This document shows positions 35,859 to 46,064 of a stretch of DNA of 64,000 nt, piece after piece. Origin of the DNA: an uncultured Actinomycetes bacterium (GTDB lineage: Bacteria; Actinomycetota; Thermoleophilia; RBG-16-64-13). The translations under genes were made by a program, and so were the position numbers. The stretch spans positions 190,944 to 254,943 of the forward strand of contig CAWJDT010000005.1 of assembly GCA_963841735.1 (NCBI GenBank), written 5' to 3'. How positions within the stretch are numbered: position 1 is the stretch's first letter; every line of letters begins with the position of its first letter. The notes beneath the pieces were generated by a model that saw only the letters and a program-made list of their open reading frames with translations, was not told the DNA's origin and did not search any database.

Positions 35859-38228
35859 AGGCCCCAAGCGCCCGTTCCTGGCATTCCCCCAGGCCCAGAT
35901 GGTCCCGTCCTTGCCGATGGCGAAATTGTGGTTAAGGCCGGTGGAGATCTCCCTGATGTCGGTCAGGCCCAGGACGCGGACCGGCGAGTTGCTCCCATCC
36001 AGGTTGCCCGCCCCCAAGGCCCCGCTGCTCATCAGCTTGCTGCAGCCCCAGCTCCATACACTGCCGTCTTCCTTCAAAGCGACCGTGTGGTTCATCCCGG
36101 CTGCGATCCCAGCGACACCTTCCAGCCCGTCGATCATCCTGGGATGCACCACCGTCGTCAAGAAGTCCGAGTTCATGTGGGGATCAGACACATCTATCTC
36201 CGGCTGGTAGTCGCCCAGGCCAAGTTCCCCATGGCGGTGCAGCCCCCAACTGCACACGGTGCCGTCGTTCTTCAGAACCGCCGTGAAACAGCGTCCTTCC
36301 GCGACGCGGCTGACGTCGGCCAGGTGTCCGGTCGAATCGGACCTGTCCAGGGCCTTGAAGGGCAGCTTTGTGCCCGGACCGTGCATGGCGAGTCCCTTGC
36401 CTAGCTGTCCGTATTCCCCGTCACCCCAGCACCGGATGGTGCCGTCGGCCTTCAATGCGACTACAGTCCGCACGCCGGCTTCGACATGGACGACATCCGA
36501 AAGAAATCCTCCAGCGTCATCGGGGTCCATTACCCGGGCGGGCGCATGGTTTCTCGCAAAGGTCCCGTTCCCGAGCTGTCCGTTGACGTTGGCGCCCCAG
36601 GCACATACGGTGCCGTTCCGCATCAGGGCGACGGCATAGCTGTCTCCGGCCTCGATCTGGGCTGCCTCGGACAGACCATCGATCCGGACCGGCGCCGTAT
36701 AGCGCTTCGTTGTGTCGGCATCCCCCAGTTGGCCGCTACTGTTGCTGCCCCAACCGTAGACGCTCCCATCGGCCGCCAGGGCGAGACTGAAGTTGTTCCC
36801 CGCCGCGACCTGGACGATGTCTTGCAGGCCCTCCACCAGCACGGGAGTCTCCTGGCCGGAGAATGCGCCGCACTTGCCGTTGCCCACCTGGCCGGTGCAG
36901 TTGAAGCCCCAAGCAAACACGCGCCCGTCCTCGAGAAGGGCCACGTTGTGCCGGTTGCCGGCGGCGATCTGTTTGACCTCTGACCCGCCGAACCCTAGGT
37001 CGACCATGACAGGCACATATTCGGCAGGCACCGTATAGCCGTAGGACTCGAGTGAAGGGGTCGGATTCGCGTTGGAGAACAGCCAGTCCCGAACGGTCTC
37101 GTTGGTAACGGCAGGCCGCCATCCGAACTGATGCACCCAATCGCCCGAGACACTGCCTTCCCTGTAGAGGGTGTGCAGAATATGCCCGCCTCCTGCCAGT
37201 TGCTGCTTCGCCATTTGAACGGCGGCCGGCCCACGGAGAGATCCGTCCCACACCGCGCGATTGACGAAAGCGCCGACACTCTCCAGCGTCTCCAAATTGT
37301 CCACGTTGCCGGGCCCGGCCTTGTCGTCGTCCTCCCCGTGGAAGACCCAGAGGTTGCTGTCTTTCAGCACCTCGAGCTCCTCGTAGTTGCTCTGCCCCGC
37401 CAAGATGAGGGTGGCGGCGAACAACCCGCAGTACCGCTTACTGACTTCCCAGGCCGCCATTCCGCCCATGGAGAAACCCGTGCAATACACCCGGGTAAGA
37501 TCCACGCTGCACTTGTCGAGGAGAGAGACCATCAGCCCACAAAAGGCATCGAGCACGCCGGTCGTCTCGTACGTGTCCGGATCGATCCAGTCGCCCTCGC
37601 TTGGACATTGCGGCACGAGGACAAAGCAGGGGTGTTTCTTCTGCTCTTCCTCCGTGGCCCAGATCACGGCGTTCATCGTGCTGAGCAGGCTCTTGAGGTT
37701 GTTGTCACCCTTTTCGCCGCCACCATGCCAGTAGACCACCAACGGGTACTTCTCGCCGGGTTTGCAGTCTTTGGGAACAAAGAGCGCGTAGGAGAGGGCG
37801 GAGCCGTTGCTCGGGTCACGATAGAGGCCCGGCGTGAACCGGTCGAACTCAACATCGGCGCCGTTCTGGACCTCGACGTTCTCCGTCCAGGGCGCGCAGA
37901 TGTTCCCATCCGTATAGACGACGTCCTTGAGCTGGCTGACCTGGTACGGGATCTTGCGTCTCTCCTTCACCACCCACTCAAGGGGAAGGGTTCCCGCCGA
38001 GGCGTCCGCGGGATCCATCTCCACCACCACATAGCGGCCGTCGCACCCGATCCCATCGCCAGCCTGAGCCGCGTGGTCATTTGCATACACCTTCAGAATG
38101 ATCCTGCTGCTGACGGAGAAGCCATCGATGTCGAGCGTCGCGTTGAGTACCGGCTTGGGGTACTCCAACACAAGAGCGACATTACGTTCGCCGTCTTCCG
38201 TCACGCTGTGTATCGCAAGGATGTTCAT
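35844..38228 (-). CDS. paralogous unknown-domain + alpha/beta-hydrolase + RCC1-repeat fusion protein (cluster B)
   Basis: Probable start MNILAIH at 38228, directly after the upstream ATPase stop; the listed ORF extends to 38369. Roughly 75-80% identical to the cluster-A protein over its full length (estimated by eye, not computed). Motifs VVYWHGGGE, GFSMGG and RCC1 repeats are conserved. Confidence 0.8.
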   Translation of the reverse strand: MNILAIHSVTEDGERNVALVLEYPKPVLNATLDIDGFSVSSRIILKVYANDHAAQAGDGIGCDGRYVVVEMDPADASAGTLPLEWVVKERRKIPYQVSQLKDVVYTDGNICAPWTENVEVQNGADVEFDRFTPGLYRDPSNGSALSYALFVPKDCKPGEKYPLVVYWHGGGEKGDNNLKSLLSTMNAVIWATEEEQKKHPCFVLVPQCPSEGDWIDPDTYETTGVLDAFCGLMVSLLDKCSVDLTRVYCTGFSMGGMAAWEVSKRYCGLFAATLILAGQSNYEELEVLKDSNLWVFHGEDDDKAGPGNVDNLETLESVGAFVNRAVWDGSLRGPAAVQMAKQQLAGGGHILHTLYREGSVSGDWVHQFGWRPAVTNETVRDWLFSNANPTPSLESYGYTVPAEYVPVMVDLGFGGSEVKQIAAGNRHNVALLEDGRVFAWGFNCTGQVGNGKCGAFSGQETPVLVEGLQDIVQVAAGNNFSLALAADGSVYGWGSNSSGQLGDADTTKRYTAPVRIDGLSEAAQIEAGDSYAVALMRNGTVCAWGANVNGQLGNGTFARNHAPARVMDPDDAGGFLSDVVHVEAGVRTVVALKADGTIRCWGDGEYGQLGKGLAMHGPGTKLPFKALDRSDSTGHLADVSRVAEGRCFTAVLKNDGTVCSWGLHRHGELGLGDYQPEIDVSDPHMNSDFLTTVVHPRMIDGLEGVAGIAAGMNHTVALKEDGSVWSWGCSKLMSSGALGAGNLDGSNSPVRVLGLTDIREISTGLNHNFAIGKDGTIWAWGNARNGRLGPVRAT

Positions 38229-39202
38229 GATCCGCACCCCACCGACGCAACCGCATTTATCTCCCTCGCCCTGCAGCACAACGCGAAATGCTGGGGCTCT
38301 ATCTCCTCCAGCGCTTGGGGACTTTGGCACCTCTCCTCCACGTACGGGCATCTGGCCGCAAACCGGCAACCCGGCTTGGGATTGATGGGCGACGTGAGCT
38401 CGCCCGTCAGCTCCACCCGCTTCATGGGATGGTCGATGTCAATGGACGGGATCGCCGAGAGCAGAGCCTTTGTATACGGATGCAACGGCTTGTTGAACAG
38501 CTCCTTGGAGGGGCTGGTCTCAACCATCTGGCCCAAATACATAACGCAGATGTTGTCGGAGATATGGCGGACCACCGATAGGTCGTGCGTCACGAACATG
38601 TACGTCAGTCCAAACTCGTCCTGCAGATCCATAAGCAGGTTCAGGATCTGCGCCTGAATGGAGACATCCAGGGACGACACGGGTTCGTCGCAGACCACAA
38701 ACGCGGGATTGAGAGCGATAGCGCGGGCGACGCCAACCCTCTGCCGTCTCCCCCCATCCAGCTCATGGGGGTACGAGTTGCGCAGACGTTGGTCGATGCC
38801 GACCAAGTCCATCAGCCTCGTTACCTCCTTCTCGAGCTCCGCCCTCTTGAAGCGTCCCGAAAGCTTGAGAGGCTGCTGAATGATCTCCCCGATGCTTCGC
38901 CTGGGATTCAGTGAGGAATAGGGGTCCTGGAAGATGATCTGCATGTTGGTACGAAGCCGGTGCAGCTCCTTGCCCTCCACGTGCGTGACATCTTCACCGT
39001 CGAAGAGTATCTGACCGCCCGTGGGCTGCTGCAGATGGATGATCGTGCGTCCGAGCGTGGACTTGCCGCAGCCCGATTCACCGACTACACCCATCGTCCT
39101 GCCCTTCTCAACAGAGAACGTGACGTCATCGACGGCATGCAGCAGGCCGTGCGCCACCTTGAAGTACTTCTTTAGATTTCGGACTTCGACGCTGGCCGTC
39201 AT
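38225..39202 (-). CDS. ABC transporter ATP-binding protein (DppF/OppF-like) (cluster B)
   Basis: Paralog of 29870..30901 (GESGCGKST...[11 protein letters not shown]). Confidence 0.85.
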   Translation of the reverse strand: MTASVEVRNLKKYFKVAHGLLHAVDDVTFSVEKGRTMGVVGESGCGKSTLGRTIIHLQQPTGGQILFDGEDVTHVEGKELHRLRTNMQIIFQDPYSSLNPRRSIGEIIQQPLKLSGRFKRAELEKEVTRLMDLVGIDQRLRNSYPHELDGGRRQRVGVARAIALNPAFVVCDEPVSSLDVSIQAQILNLLMDLQDEFGLTYMFVTHDLSVVRHISDNICVMYLGQMVETSPSKELFNKPLHPYTKALLSAIPSIDIDHPMKRVELTGELTSPINPKPGCRFAARCPYVEERCQSPQALEEIEPQHFALCCRAREINAVASVGCGS

Positions 39203-40182
39203 GCTTCTGGACTCCTAACGTTGCAGCAGCGACAGAAATGCCCCGGGCCGATCTCCGTCAACGGGACGCTCTCGCTTCCGCAAGAGTCCGTCGCGAGGGG
39301 ACAACGGGGATGAAACCGGCAGCCCTCCGGCAGATTGGATGGATCGGGCGGAAGTCCCAAGATCGGATGGAGCCTGTCCGAGTCGTCCCGCAGGTTGGGC
39401 AGCGACCCGAAAAGTCCAACGGTATACGGGTGCGACGCATGCTTGAAGATGTCCCTCTTGCTGCCCTTTTCGATGATCTCGCCCGCATAGACGACCGCCA
39501 CGTCGTCACAGACCTCCGCGACCACGCCCAGATCGTGTGTGATCATGATCATGGCTGTGTTGAGGCGGTTTCGAAGGTCGCGGATCGTCTCCAGCACCTG
39601 AGCCTGGATGGTCACATCCAGCGCAGTGGTAGGTTCGTCCGCAATCAGGAGCTCCGGATTGCAGGCCAGCGCCTCGGCGATGACGACGCGCTGCTTCATA
39701 CCACCGGAAAACTCATGAGGAAACTGCTTGAAGCGCTCCGCGGGAATGCCGACCATCTCCAGCATCTCGACGGCGCGTTCTGTCGCATCGACCGCGCCTA
39801 TCTTGTTGTGGAGTCGGACGGCTTCCGCTATCTGGGCACCGACCGTCATCAGCGGGTTGAGAGCCGTCATGGGGTCCTGAAAGATCATGGAGACCTTTTC
39901 GCCCCGGATCTTGCGCATGGCCTTCTCGCGTACCTTCAAGAGGTTCTCGCCGTCCAGCACGACTTCTCCCCCTGTCACCCGGGCCGAGAACTCGGGCAGG
40001 ACCCGCATGATCGTCTTTGCGATCGTTGTCTTTCCGGCTCCCGTTTCGCCGACCAGGCCCAGAGTTCTCCCTCTCGAGAGGTCGAGGGACACCCCGTTGA
40101 CCGCATGGATGGTGACCTTCCCCGACCGGTATTCCACAACCAGGTCTCTTACCGACAGGAATACGTCGTTGCCGATACTCAC
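39199..40182 (-). CDS. ABC transporter ATP-binding protein (DppD/OppD-like) (cluster B)
   Basis: Paralog of 30903..31889. Confidence 0.85.
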   Translation of the reverse strand: MSIGNDVFLSVRDLVVEYRSGKVTIHAVNGVSLDLSRGRTLGLVGETGAGKTTIAKTIMRVLPEFSARVTGGEVVLDGENLLKVREKAMRKIRGEKVSMIFQDPMTALNPLMTVGAQIAEAVRLHNKIGAVDATERAVEMLEMVGIPAERFKQFPHEFSGGMKQRVVIAEALACNPELLIADEPTTALDVTIQAQVLETIRDLRNRLNTAMIMITHDLGVVAEVCDDVAVVYAGEIIEKGSKRDIFKHASHPYTVGLFGSLPNLRDDSDRLHPILGLPPDPSNLPEGCRFHPRCPLATDSCGSESVPLTEIGPGHFCRCCNVRSPEA

Positions 40183-40198
40183 GAACGAGTCCCCCTTT

Positions 40199-41056
40199 TC
40201 ACTTCTTCATCTTGGGGTCAAGAGCATCACGCAGACCATCCCCGAAGAGGTTGACCGCAAGCACAGTGATCACGATGGCGAGCCCCGGGAACAGGGCGAT
40301 ATGCGGATAGTTGCGGATAAAGTTCCGACCCGCGGTGAGCATGGCGCCCCATTCCGGCGTCGGAGGCTGCACGCCCAGGCCGATGAAGCTGAGGGCCGAA
40401 GCCACCATGATCGTGCCGCCGACGGCCAACGAGGTGTGTACTATCAAAGGAGACAAGGTGTTCGGGAGGACCTCCATGAACATGATGCGCATCTTGCTGC
40501 AGTTGATCGACTCGGCCGCCTCCAGATACTCCTTGCTGCGTTCGGACAGAATCTGCCCGCGCGTGATCCGGATGGCCACCGGAACGCCTCCCACCGTGAG
40601 GGCTATGACCGTGTTGACAAACCCGCTGCCCAGAACCGTCGCGATGAGGATGGCGATCAGGATGCCGGGGATGGCCTGCAGCACATCGGTAGCGCGCATG
40701 ATGATGCTGTCCGTCCGTTTGCCAAAGTATCCGGCGTAAACGCCGAACACCACCCCAACGATGACGCTGAGTAGGGCACCGGCGATGCCGAGGCTGAGAG
40801 AATACCGGCCGCCGTACAGCACCCGGGTGAAGATGTCCCGACCCATATCGTCCGTGCCAAACAAATGGTGCCATGAAGGCCCTTGGTTGGAGTTCACGAG
40901 GTCCATCATTTCAAGCCCCTCGGGCGCGATCACAGGAGCCAGAAGACAGAGAACAGTGATGACAAACAGAGTGACGAAACCGACTATGGCGAGTCTGCTA
41001 TGGCATAGCCTGATCAGCGTCAGTACGTAAAGGCTCTGCTTTCTATTCCTAGCCAT
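40199..41056 (-). CDS. ABC transporter permease (DppC-like) (cluster B)
   Basis: Paralog of 31903..32766 (EYLEAAESINCSKMRIMFMEVLPN). Confidence 0.85.
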   Translation of the reverse strand: MARNRKQSLYVLTLIRLCHSRLAIVGFVTLFVITVLCLLAPVIAPEGLEMMDLVNSNQGPSWHHLFGTDDMGRDIFTRVLYGGRYSLSLGIAGALLSVIVGVVFGVYAGYFGKRTDSIIMRATDVLQAIPGILIAILIATVLGSGFVNTVIALTVGGVPVAIRITRGQILSERSKEYLEAAESINCSKMRIMFMEVLPNTLSPLIVHTSLAVGGTIMVASALSFIGLGVQPPTPEWGAMLTAGRNFIRNYPHIALFPGLAIVITVLAVNLFGDGLRDALDPKMKK

Positions 41057-41059
41057 CGG

Positions 41060-42004
41060 TCAACCCCTCGCTGTTCCCTTGTACTCAGCCTTGATGCGTG
41101 GGTCGACGAACGCATAGGCCAAATCGACCAGCAACATGACGAAACTCGTCATGAACGACAAGAAGATGACAGTGCCCATGATGATTGGATAGTCGCGGTT
41201 CATGATGCCTTGCATGAGCAAGAGCCCGATGCCGGGAATGGTGAACACCGTCTCGATGATGATGGAACCGGCGACGACGCCTCCGAAGCCATAGCCCACG
41301 ACGGTTATGACTGGAATGAGGGCGTTCGGTAGCATGTGCCGAAAGATCACGCGTCGTTCAGATGCCCCCTTGGCTCGGGAGCTCAGCACGAAATCGGCGC
41401 GCATGGTCTCCAACATGCTGGACCGCGTCATGCGGGTCGCAATGCCCATGCCCCCCAAGGATGCGGCAATGATAGGCAGCACGTAGTTCTTCCAGCCACC
41501 GATGCCGAAACCCGGGAACCAGTGCAGCTTCAGGGCGAACAGGACGACCAACATCAGCGCCAGCCAGAATCCTGGAATCGCGCCACCGATCATCGCAAGC
41601 ACGAGGCTGATCTGGTCCTGGATCTTCCCCTGGTGGATGGCGGCCCAGATGCCCAGCGCCACACCAACTACCGCTCCCACGATCGTGCTGACTACGCCGA
41701 TCAGCATCGTCCTCGGAAGTCTTTCCCAGATCTCACTCATGACAGGCCGGCCCCGCTGGTAGCCATCGCCCAGGTCGAAATGCAGAAACACGTCCTTCAG
41801 AAAGGTCCCCAACCGCAAAAAGTACGAGTGGTCCAGCCCCAGCTCGACGCGCTTCGCTGCCAACTGCGCAGGCGACGCGCCAGGTCCCAAGACCAGCACA
41901 GCCGGGTCGCCGGGCACGAAGTACATGATGCTGAAGATTATTATGGCGGCGAAGAAGACCACCAGGATCATCATCAGGCATCGCTTCAGGATGTACAGAG
42001 ACAC
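41060..42004 (-). CDS. ABC transporter permease (DppB-like) (cluster B)
   Basis: Paralog of 32763..33710. Confidence 0.85.
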   Translation of the reverse strand: MSLYILKRCLMMILVVFFAAIIIFSIMYFVPGDPAVLVLGPGASPAQLAAKRVELGLDHSYFLRLGTFLKDVFLHFDLGDGYQRGRPVMSEIWERLPRTMLIGVVSTIVGAVVGVALGIWAAIHQGKIQDQISLVLAMIGGAIPGFWLALMLVVLFALKLHWFPGFGIGGWKNYVLPIIAASLGGMGIATRMTRSSMLETMRADFVLSSRAKGASERRVIFRHMLPNALIPVITVVGYGFGGVVAGSIIIETVFTIPGIGLLLMQGIMNRDYPIIMGTVIFLSFMTSFVMLLVDLAYAFVDPRIKAEYKGTARG

Positions 42005-42064
42005 CTTCTACCTCACTGTTCGCACGTTGGTCCGCATACCGATGCGATGGGTTCTGGCTACATC

Positions 42065-42092
42065 AGTGGCGCCGCCTTTCGGCGGCGCCACT
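42065..42092 (-). other. perfect 12-bp stem / 4-nt loop hairpin between the SBP and permease genes (cluster B)
   Basis: agtggcgccgcc-tttc-ggcggcgccact. Positional equivalent of the cluster-A hairpin. Confidence 0.4.
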
Positions 42093-42119
42093 GCTTTCCT
42101 CGATTCGGGCTGGACTAGC

Positions 42120-43748
42120 TCAGTGCTGCGTGTACGTGCAGCCACCGGGGATGATCCACATGTGGTCGCTCAGTACGAAGTCGCTGATCCAACTAGGATA
42201 GACGATGTTGATGTAGTTGCCGCCAATTCCGTAGGCGTAGGCCTTGGAGTTGATATAGGCCTGGCCCGCCTCAACTGTCTCGGCGCTGTGCGTCGCCATG
42301 GAGCGGCCCGCGGCGATGACTGCCTGCAACTCAGGGTCCTGGATGAAGTTGATCGGACCGGTCGGGCTGTAGGTATCGGCGAGGTTGCTCCAGGCGCTAA
42401 CAACGTAGTCGCTGGAGAACGTGGGCATATGCTGGAGGTCCCACTTGGCCGGATCCGTAGCGTCCGCGAAGTAGCTTCCACCGTTTTCCGCAAGCAGCTG
42501 GGCCTCGATGCCGATGGCGGTCAGGTAGCCCTGGACGATTTCCATGATCGCCTTGAATGTGGGCTGCTCGATGACCAGGAGTTTCAGCGTAAGCGGGTTG
42601 TCCTCGGTATAGCCGGCCTCAGCGAGAAGCGCCTTCGCCTTTTCGGGATTGTAGTTCCAGTAGTCCGCATCCGCCCAGGCGGGGTTGTAGTCGGGAGAGC
42701 TGACGTTACCGATGCACTTAGAAAGGACGGCCTCAGGGCCAAACATCTTCAGAACGAGCGCCTTCGCGTCGATCGCATAGAAGATGGCCTCTCTGACGCG
42801 CTGATCGCTGCACGGGCTGGTGGGATCACAGTTGGGGTTAAGCACATGGATCAAGAATTCGGGGAAGGTGTACACGGTGTACTTCGACGCGTCGGTGAAG
42901 TAGTCGGTGTCGGCCAAGCCGATATTCTGGCAGATGTCGATCTGACCGGTCTGGAGAGCCATTGTCATCTGGCTGGCTTCCAGGATGACAAGGTAGTTGA
43001 TCGTCTGGACGTTCGCCTTCTCAACCGGGGTCAGCAGGCTTGCATCGGTCTTCCAGTACCCGTCCCATTTCTCAAGGGTAAGTGAGGAACCGGCAACATA
43101 CTTCGCCACCTTGTATGGCGCAGTGGTCACAGGACTGGTCTTCATGCCCTCGGGGTTGGCCTCCCAGGCGACCTGGGTAACAAGACCGAGGTTCGTGAAC
43201 ACGTCGGTCAGGTCGTTTGTGAAGAGGTCATGGGTGAAATGGATGGTGAAGGTAAGGTCGCCGGTCTGCTCGACACTCTTGATGCTGGCCGCATACCGAT
43301 TCTTGCTTTCGACATGTTTGTTCAGGCCCCAGACGGCATCCGTCGCGGTGAAGGCGTTGCCGGCCTGGTCCTTGATGTTGTCGTACAGGGTGACGTTGAC
43401 AGTCTGCAGATCAGCCTGCTCATACGACTTCATCAAGATACCGCTGAAACTGCCGTCCTTGTTCAAATAGCCCAACACCTGTACGAACTGCGGATTCACA
43501 GTGTTGTTCTTCATTCCCAGCGAGGTGTATGGATCCAGGTCCATCGGGTCGCCGTCGATGCCGACATTAACCACATCCTGGATGTAGGCGGCCGCTACGG
43601 TCGTTGGGGTTTCGGATCCGGTGGTCGGGGTTTCGGATCCGGTGGTCGGGGTTCCTCCCACGGTGGTTGTCGTGGCACCGTCGCCGCACCCTGCAACCAT
43701 GCCAAGGATCACGGCCAGAACGACAAGAACAAGAACGTTTCTCTTCAT
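42120..43748 (-). CDS. ABC transporter substrate-binding lipoprotein, family 5 (cluster B)
   Basis: Paralog of 33818..35455 (LVLVVLAVILGMVAGC lipobox). Confidence 0.85.
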   Translation of the reverse strand: MKRNVLVLVVLAVILGMVAGCGDGATTTTVGGTPTTGSETPTTGSETPTTVAAAYIQDVVNVGIDGDPMDLDPYTSLGMKNNTVNPQFVQVLGYLNKDGSFSGILMKSYEQADLQTVNVTLYDNIKDQAGNAFTATDAVWGLNKHVESKNRYAASIKSVEQTGDLTFTIHFTHDLFTNDLTDVFTNLGLVTQVAWEANPEGMKTSPVTTAPYKVAKYVAGSSLTLEKWDGYWKTDASLLTPVEKANVQTINYLVILEASQMTMALQTGQIDICQNIGLADTDYFTDASKYTVYTFPEFLIHVLNPNCDPTSPCSDQRVREAIFYAIDAKALVLKMFGPEAVLSKCIGNVSSPDYNPAWADADYWNYNPEKAKALLAEAGYTEDNPLTLKLLVIEQPTFKAIMEIVQGYLTAIGIEAQLLAENGGSYFADATDPAKWDLQHMPTFSSDYVVSAWSNLADTYSPTGPINFIQDPELQAVIAAGRSMATHSAETVEAGQAYINSKAYAYGIGGNYINIVYPSWISDFVLSDHMWIIPGGCTYTQH

Positions 43749-43838
43749 ACTATCGACCCTCCTGTTTGGAAACTTGTAGCATCATGAACCGTACCAACCG
43801 GCTTCTTCATATGCGAGTTCAAATGTGGCACCAATAGT

Positions 43839-43851
43839 TTCCATAGTGGAA
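43839..43851. promoter_or_regulatory. T-N11-A palindrome TTCCATAGTGGAA (candidate LysR-type operator) 91 nt upstream of the cluster-B SBP start
   Basis: Dyad TTCCA-N3-TGGAA at the same offset as in cluster A. The adjacent 5'UTR segment (atgaaccgtaccaaccg) is also conserved. Confidence 0.3.
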
Positions 43852-43927
43852 CCAGTGTCATCGACGGCGCAAAAAAGGACGACAGTCAACCGGTCATCCT
43901 CCGAGGTCCGGCACAGAAGTCAGTCGA

Positions 43928-44797
43928 CTATCCGATGGACTCCGCCACGAATTTCAGGAAGAGCTTTGCTCCAGACGACAGCTGGGCATCCATCCGATAG
44001 CAGATGGATACCTCGAAGGGAGCCTTCGGAGTGATCTCGACAATCGACACACCGTCCGTATTGATTGCCGCCACGGAGTGCTCTTGGATCAGAGAGATCC
44101 CCATCTCCTGTCGGACGAGATCGACCAAGTCACTCCCATGAAGCCCGGTCATCACGGTCTTGGGAGTGAATCCCGCCTGCTGACATATGTCCAGGCACGA
44201 CTTGGTGTGCACGGCGTAAGGAGGCAGCATGACGAAATCCTCCGATTTCAACTCCTCCAGCGAGATCATCTTACGGCCGGCCAGCGGATGGGAGGCATAC
44301 AGCACGGCGACGAATACATCTGTGGTGTAGGGGATCGAGACGAAATCGCCGTCCGGATCCTCCAGGTTGCAGATGAAGGCGAGCTCGCATTTCCCACTGC
44401 GGAGCAGTTCCCTAACCTCACCCCGAACGTTACCCTCGATGGTGCTCAGCAGATAGTTCTTGTTGTTGGTACGGAAGTCGGTCAGCAGACCTGTCACCCG
44501 GTATTCCGTCCCGATGACGATGAGATTATCGGCGTCGTGCAGCTTGTTGTAGACGTCCTTCACGAAGTGGTCTTCGAGCATGACTATCTGCTTGGCATAC
44601 GGAAGGAGCAGCTTCCCGTATTCGTTCAGGACGATACCCTTGCCCGTTCGATCAAACAGGGGAGCGCCAAATTCTTCTTCCATGGACTTGACGTGCTTGG
44701 AGAGTGACGACTTGGACACGAAGAGCCTGCCCGCCGCCTCGCCGACGTTACAGAGCTGAGCCAGGACCGTGAATTCCCTGAGATATCTCGTATCCAT
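43928..44797 (-). CDS. LysR-family transcriptional regulator
   Basis: N-terminal HTH (REFTVLAQLCNVGEAAGRLFVSKSSLSKHVKSMEEEFGAPLFDR) plus a LysR substrate-binding domain. Start at MDTRYLREF; the listed ORF extends to 44821. Confidence 0.8.
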   Translation of the reverse strand: MDTRYLREFTVLAQLCNVGEAAGRLFVSKSSLSKHVKSMEEEFGAPLFDRTGKGIVLNEYGKLLLPYAKQIVMLEDHFVKDVYNKLHDADNLIVIGTEYRVTGLLTDFRTNNKNYLLSTIEGNVRGEVRELLRSGKCELAFICNLEDPDGDFVSIPYTTDVFVAVLYASHPLAGRKMISLEELKSEDFVMLPPYAVHTKSCLDICQQAGFTPKTVMTGLHGSDLVDLVRQEMGISLIQEHSVAAINTDGVSIVEITPKAPFEVSICYRMDAQLSSGAKLFLKFVAESIG

Positions 44798-44998
44798 CCA
44801 GCCACCCCGGTCAACCGACACAAAGGGGGATGTGCGCGAAACAACGCCGCTTCCCCGACTCCCTTGGGCAGCATCATATCAATTACGGGCGTGGTACTCG
44901 GTCGCATCCACAATGCGGCCGCGACCGCTCCCTGCGTACCGGCCTCGCGGTCGCCAAGCGTGTCCGCAGCGGCGAGGCTTCGGCCCGAAACAAGTCTG

Positions 44999-45868
44999 TT
45001 AAACGATCGACTCTCGCACGTGCTCCAGGAAGAGCTTCGCTCCGGACGACAGCGGGGCGTCCCTTAGATAGCAGATGGATATCTCGAAGGGAACGCTGGG
45101 GGCGATCTCGACCATCACTACGCCGTCCGTGATGATCGCGGAGGCGGAGCGTCCAAAAAGCAGGGAGATCCCTATCTTCTGCCGGACAAGATCAACAACG
45201 TCGCTCCCGCGGGAGCCGGTCATGACGATCTTCGGCGTGAATCCGGCCTTCCTGCATATGTCCATGCAGAAGCTGGTGTGCAGGGCATAAGGAGGCAGCA
45301 TGACGAAATCCTCCGATCGCAGCTCCTCCAGCAAGATCGTCCTACGGCCGGCCAGCGGATGTGAGGCATAAAGAACGGCGACGAACTGATCGGTTGTGTA
45401 GGGCGTCGAGACGAACTCCTGGTCCGGGTCGTCCAGGTTGCAGAGGAACGCAAGCTCACATTTTCCGCTGCTCAGCAGGGCCTCCGTCGTGCCCATGAGA
45501 TTGTCTTCAATGGTGCTGAGCAGGTAGTCGTGATTCTTGGTGCGGAAGTCCGTCAGCAGACTCGTGATGCGGTATTCCGTGGCGATGACGATGGTATTGT
45601 CGGCGTCGTGCAACTTGGTGTGAACGTCCTTCTTCAAGTGGTCTTCGAGCATGACCATCTGTTTGGCGTAGGGAAGAAGAATTCTCCCGTATTCGTTAAG
45701 AACGATGCCCTTCCCCGTCCGGTCGAACAAGGGCGCGCCCAATTCCTCTTCCACCGACTTGATGTGCTTGGAGAGCGACGACTGGGACATGAAGAGCTTC
45801 TCCGCCACCTCGCCGAAATTGCATACCTGGGCGAGGACCGTGAATTCCCTGATGTATCTCGTATCCAT
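44999..45868 (-). CDS. LysR-family transcriptional regulator (paralog of 43928..44797)
   Basis: Roughly 75% identical to the neighbouring LysR (estimated by eye, not computed). Conserved ~40-nt upstream element (...ccccgactcccttg...catcatatcaatt) is present before both genes. Confidence 0.8.
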   Translation of the reverse strand: MDTRYIREFTVLAQVCNFGEVAEKLFMSQSSLSKHIKSVEEELGAPLFDRTGKGIVLNEYGRILLPYAKQMVMLEDHLKKDVHTKLHDADNTIVIATEYRITSLLTDFRTKNHDYLLSTIEDNLMGTTEALLSSGKCELAFLCNLDDPDQEFVSTPYTTDQFVAVLYASHPLAGRRTILLEELRSEDFVMLPPYALHTSFCMDICRKAGFTPKIVMTGSRGSDVVDLVRQKIGISLLFGRSASAIITDGVVMVEIAPSVPFEISICYLRDAPLSSGAKLFLEHVRESIV

Positions 45869-46012
45869 CCAGCCACCGCCTACCGTTCACGCCCCAGGGC
45901 TGCCTGATGGCAGGAATGCACTGCGAACAAGGCCGTCTGGGGGCAACGCCGTTCCCCCGACTCCCTTGTCCGCCATCATATCAATTCGGGGAATCCTCCC
46001 CTCCGCGGCACG

Positions 46013-46064
46013 CTTCTAGGGCGCCGGGACTTCGCTTTTCGGCGGCCTTCTAGGGCGCCGGGAC
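46013..46064. repeat. direct duplication CTTCTAGGGCGCCGGGAC x2 (34-nt spacing) spanning the stop of the lipoprotein gene
   Basis: Copies at 46013-46030 and 46047-46064; again the stop-containing 3' end is repeated just downstream. Confidence 0.5.
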
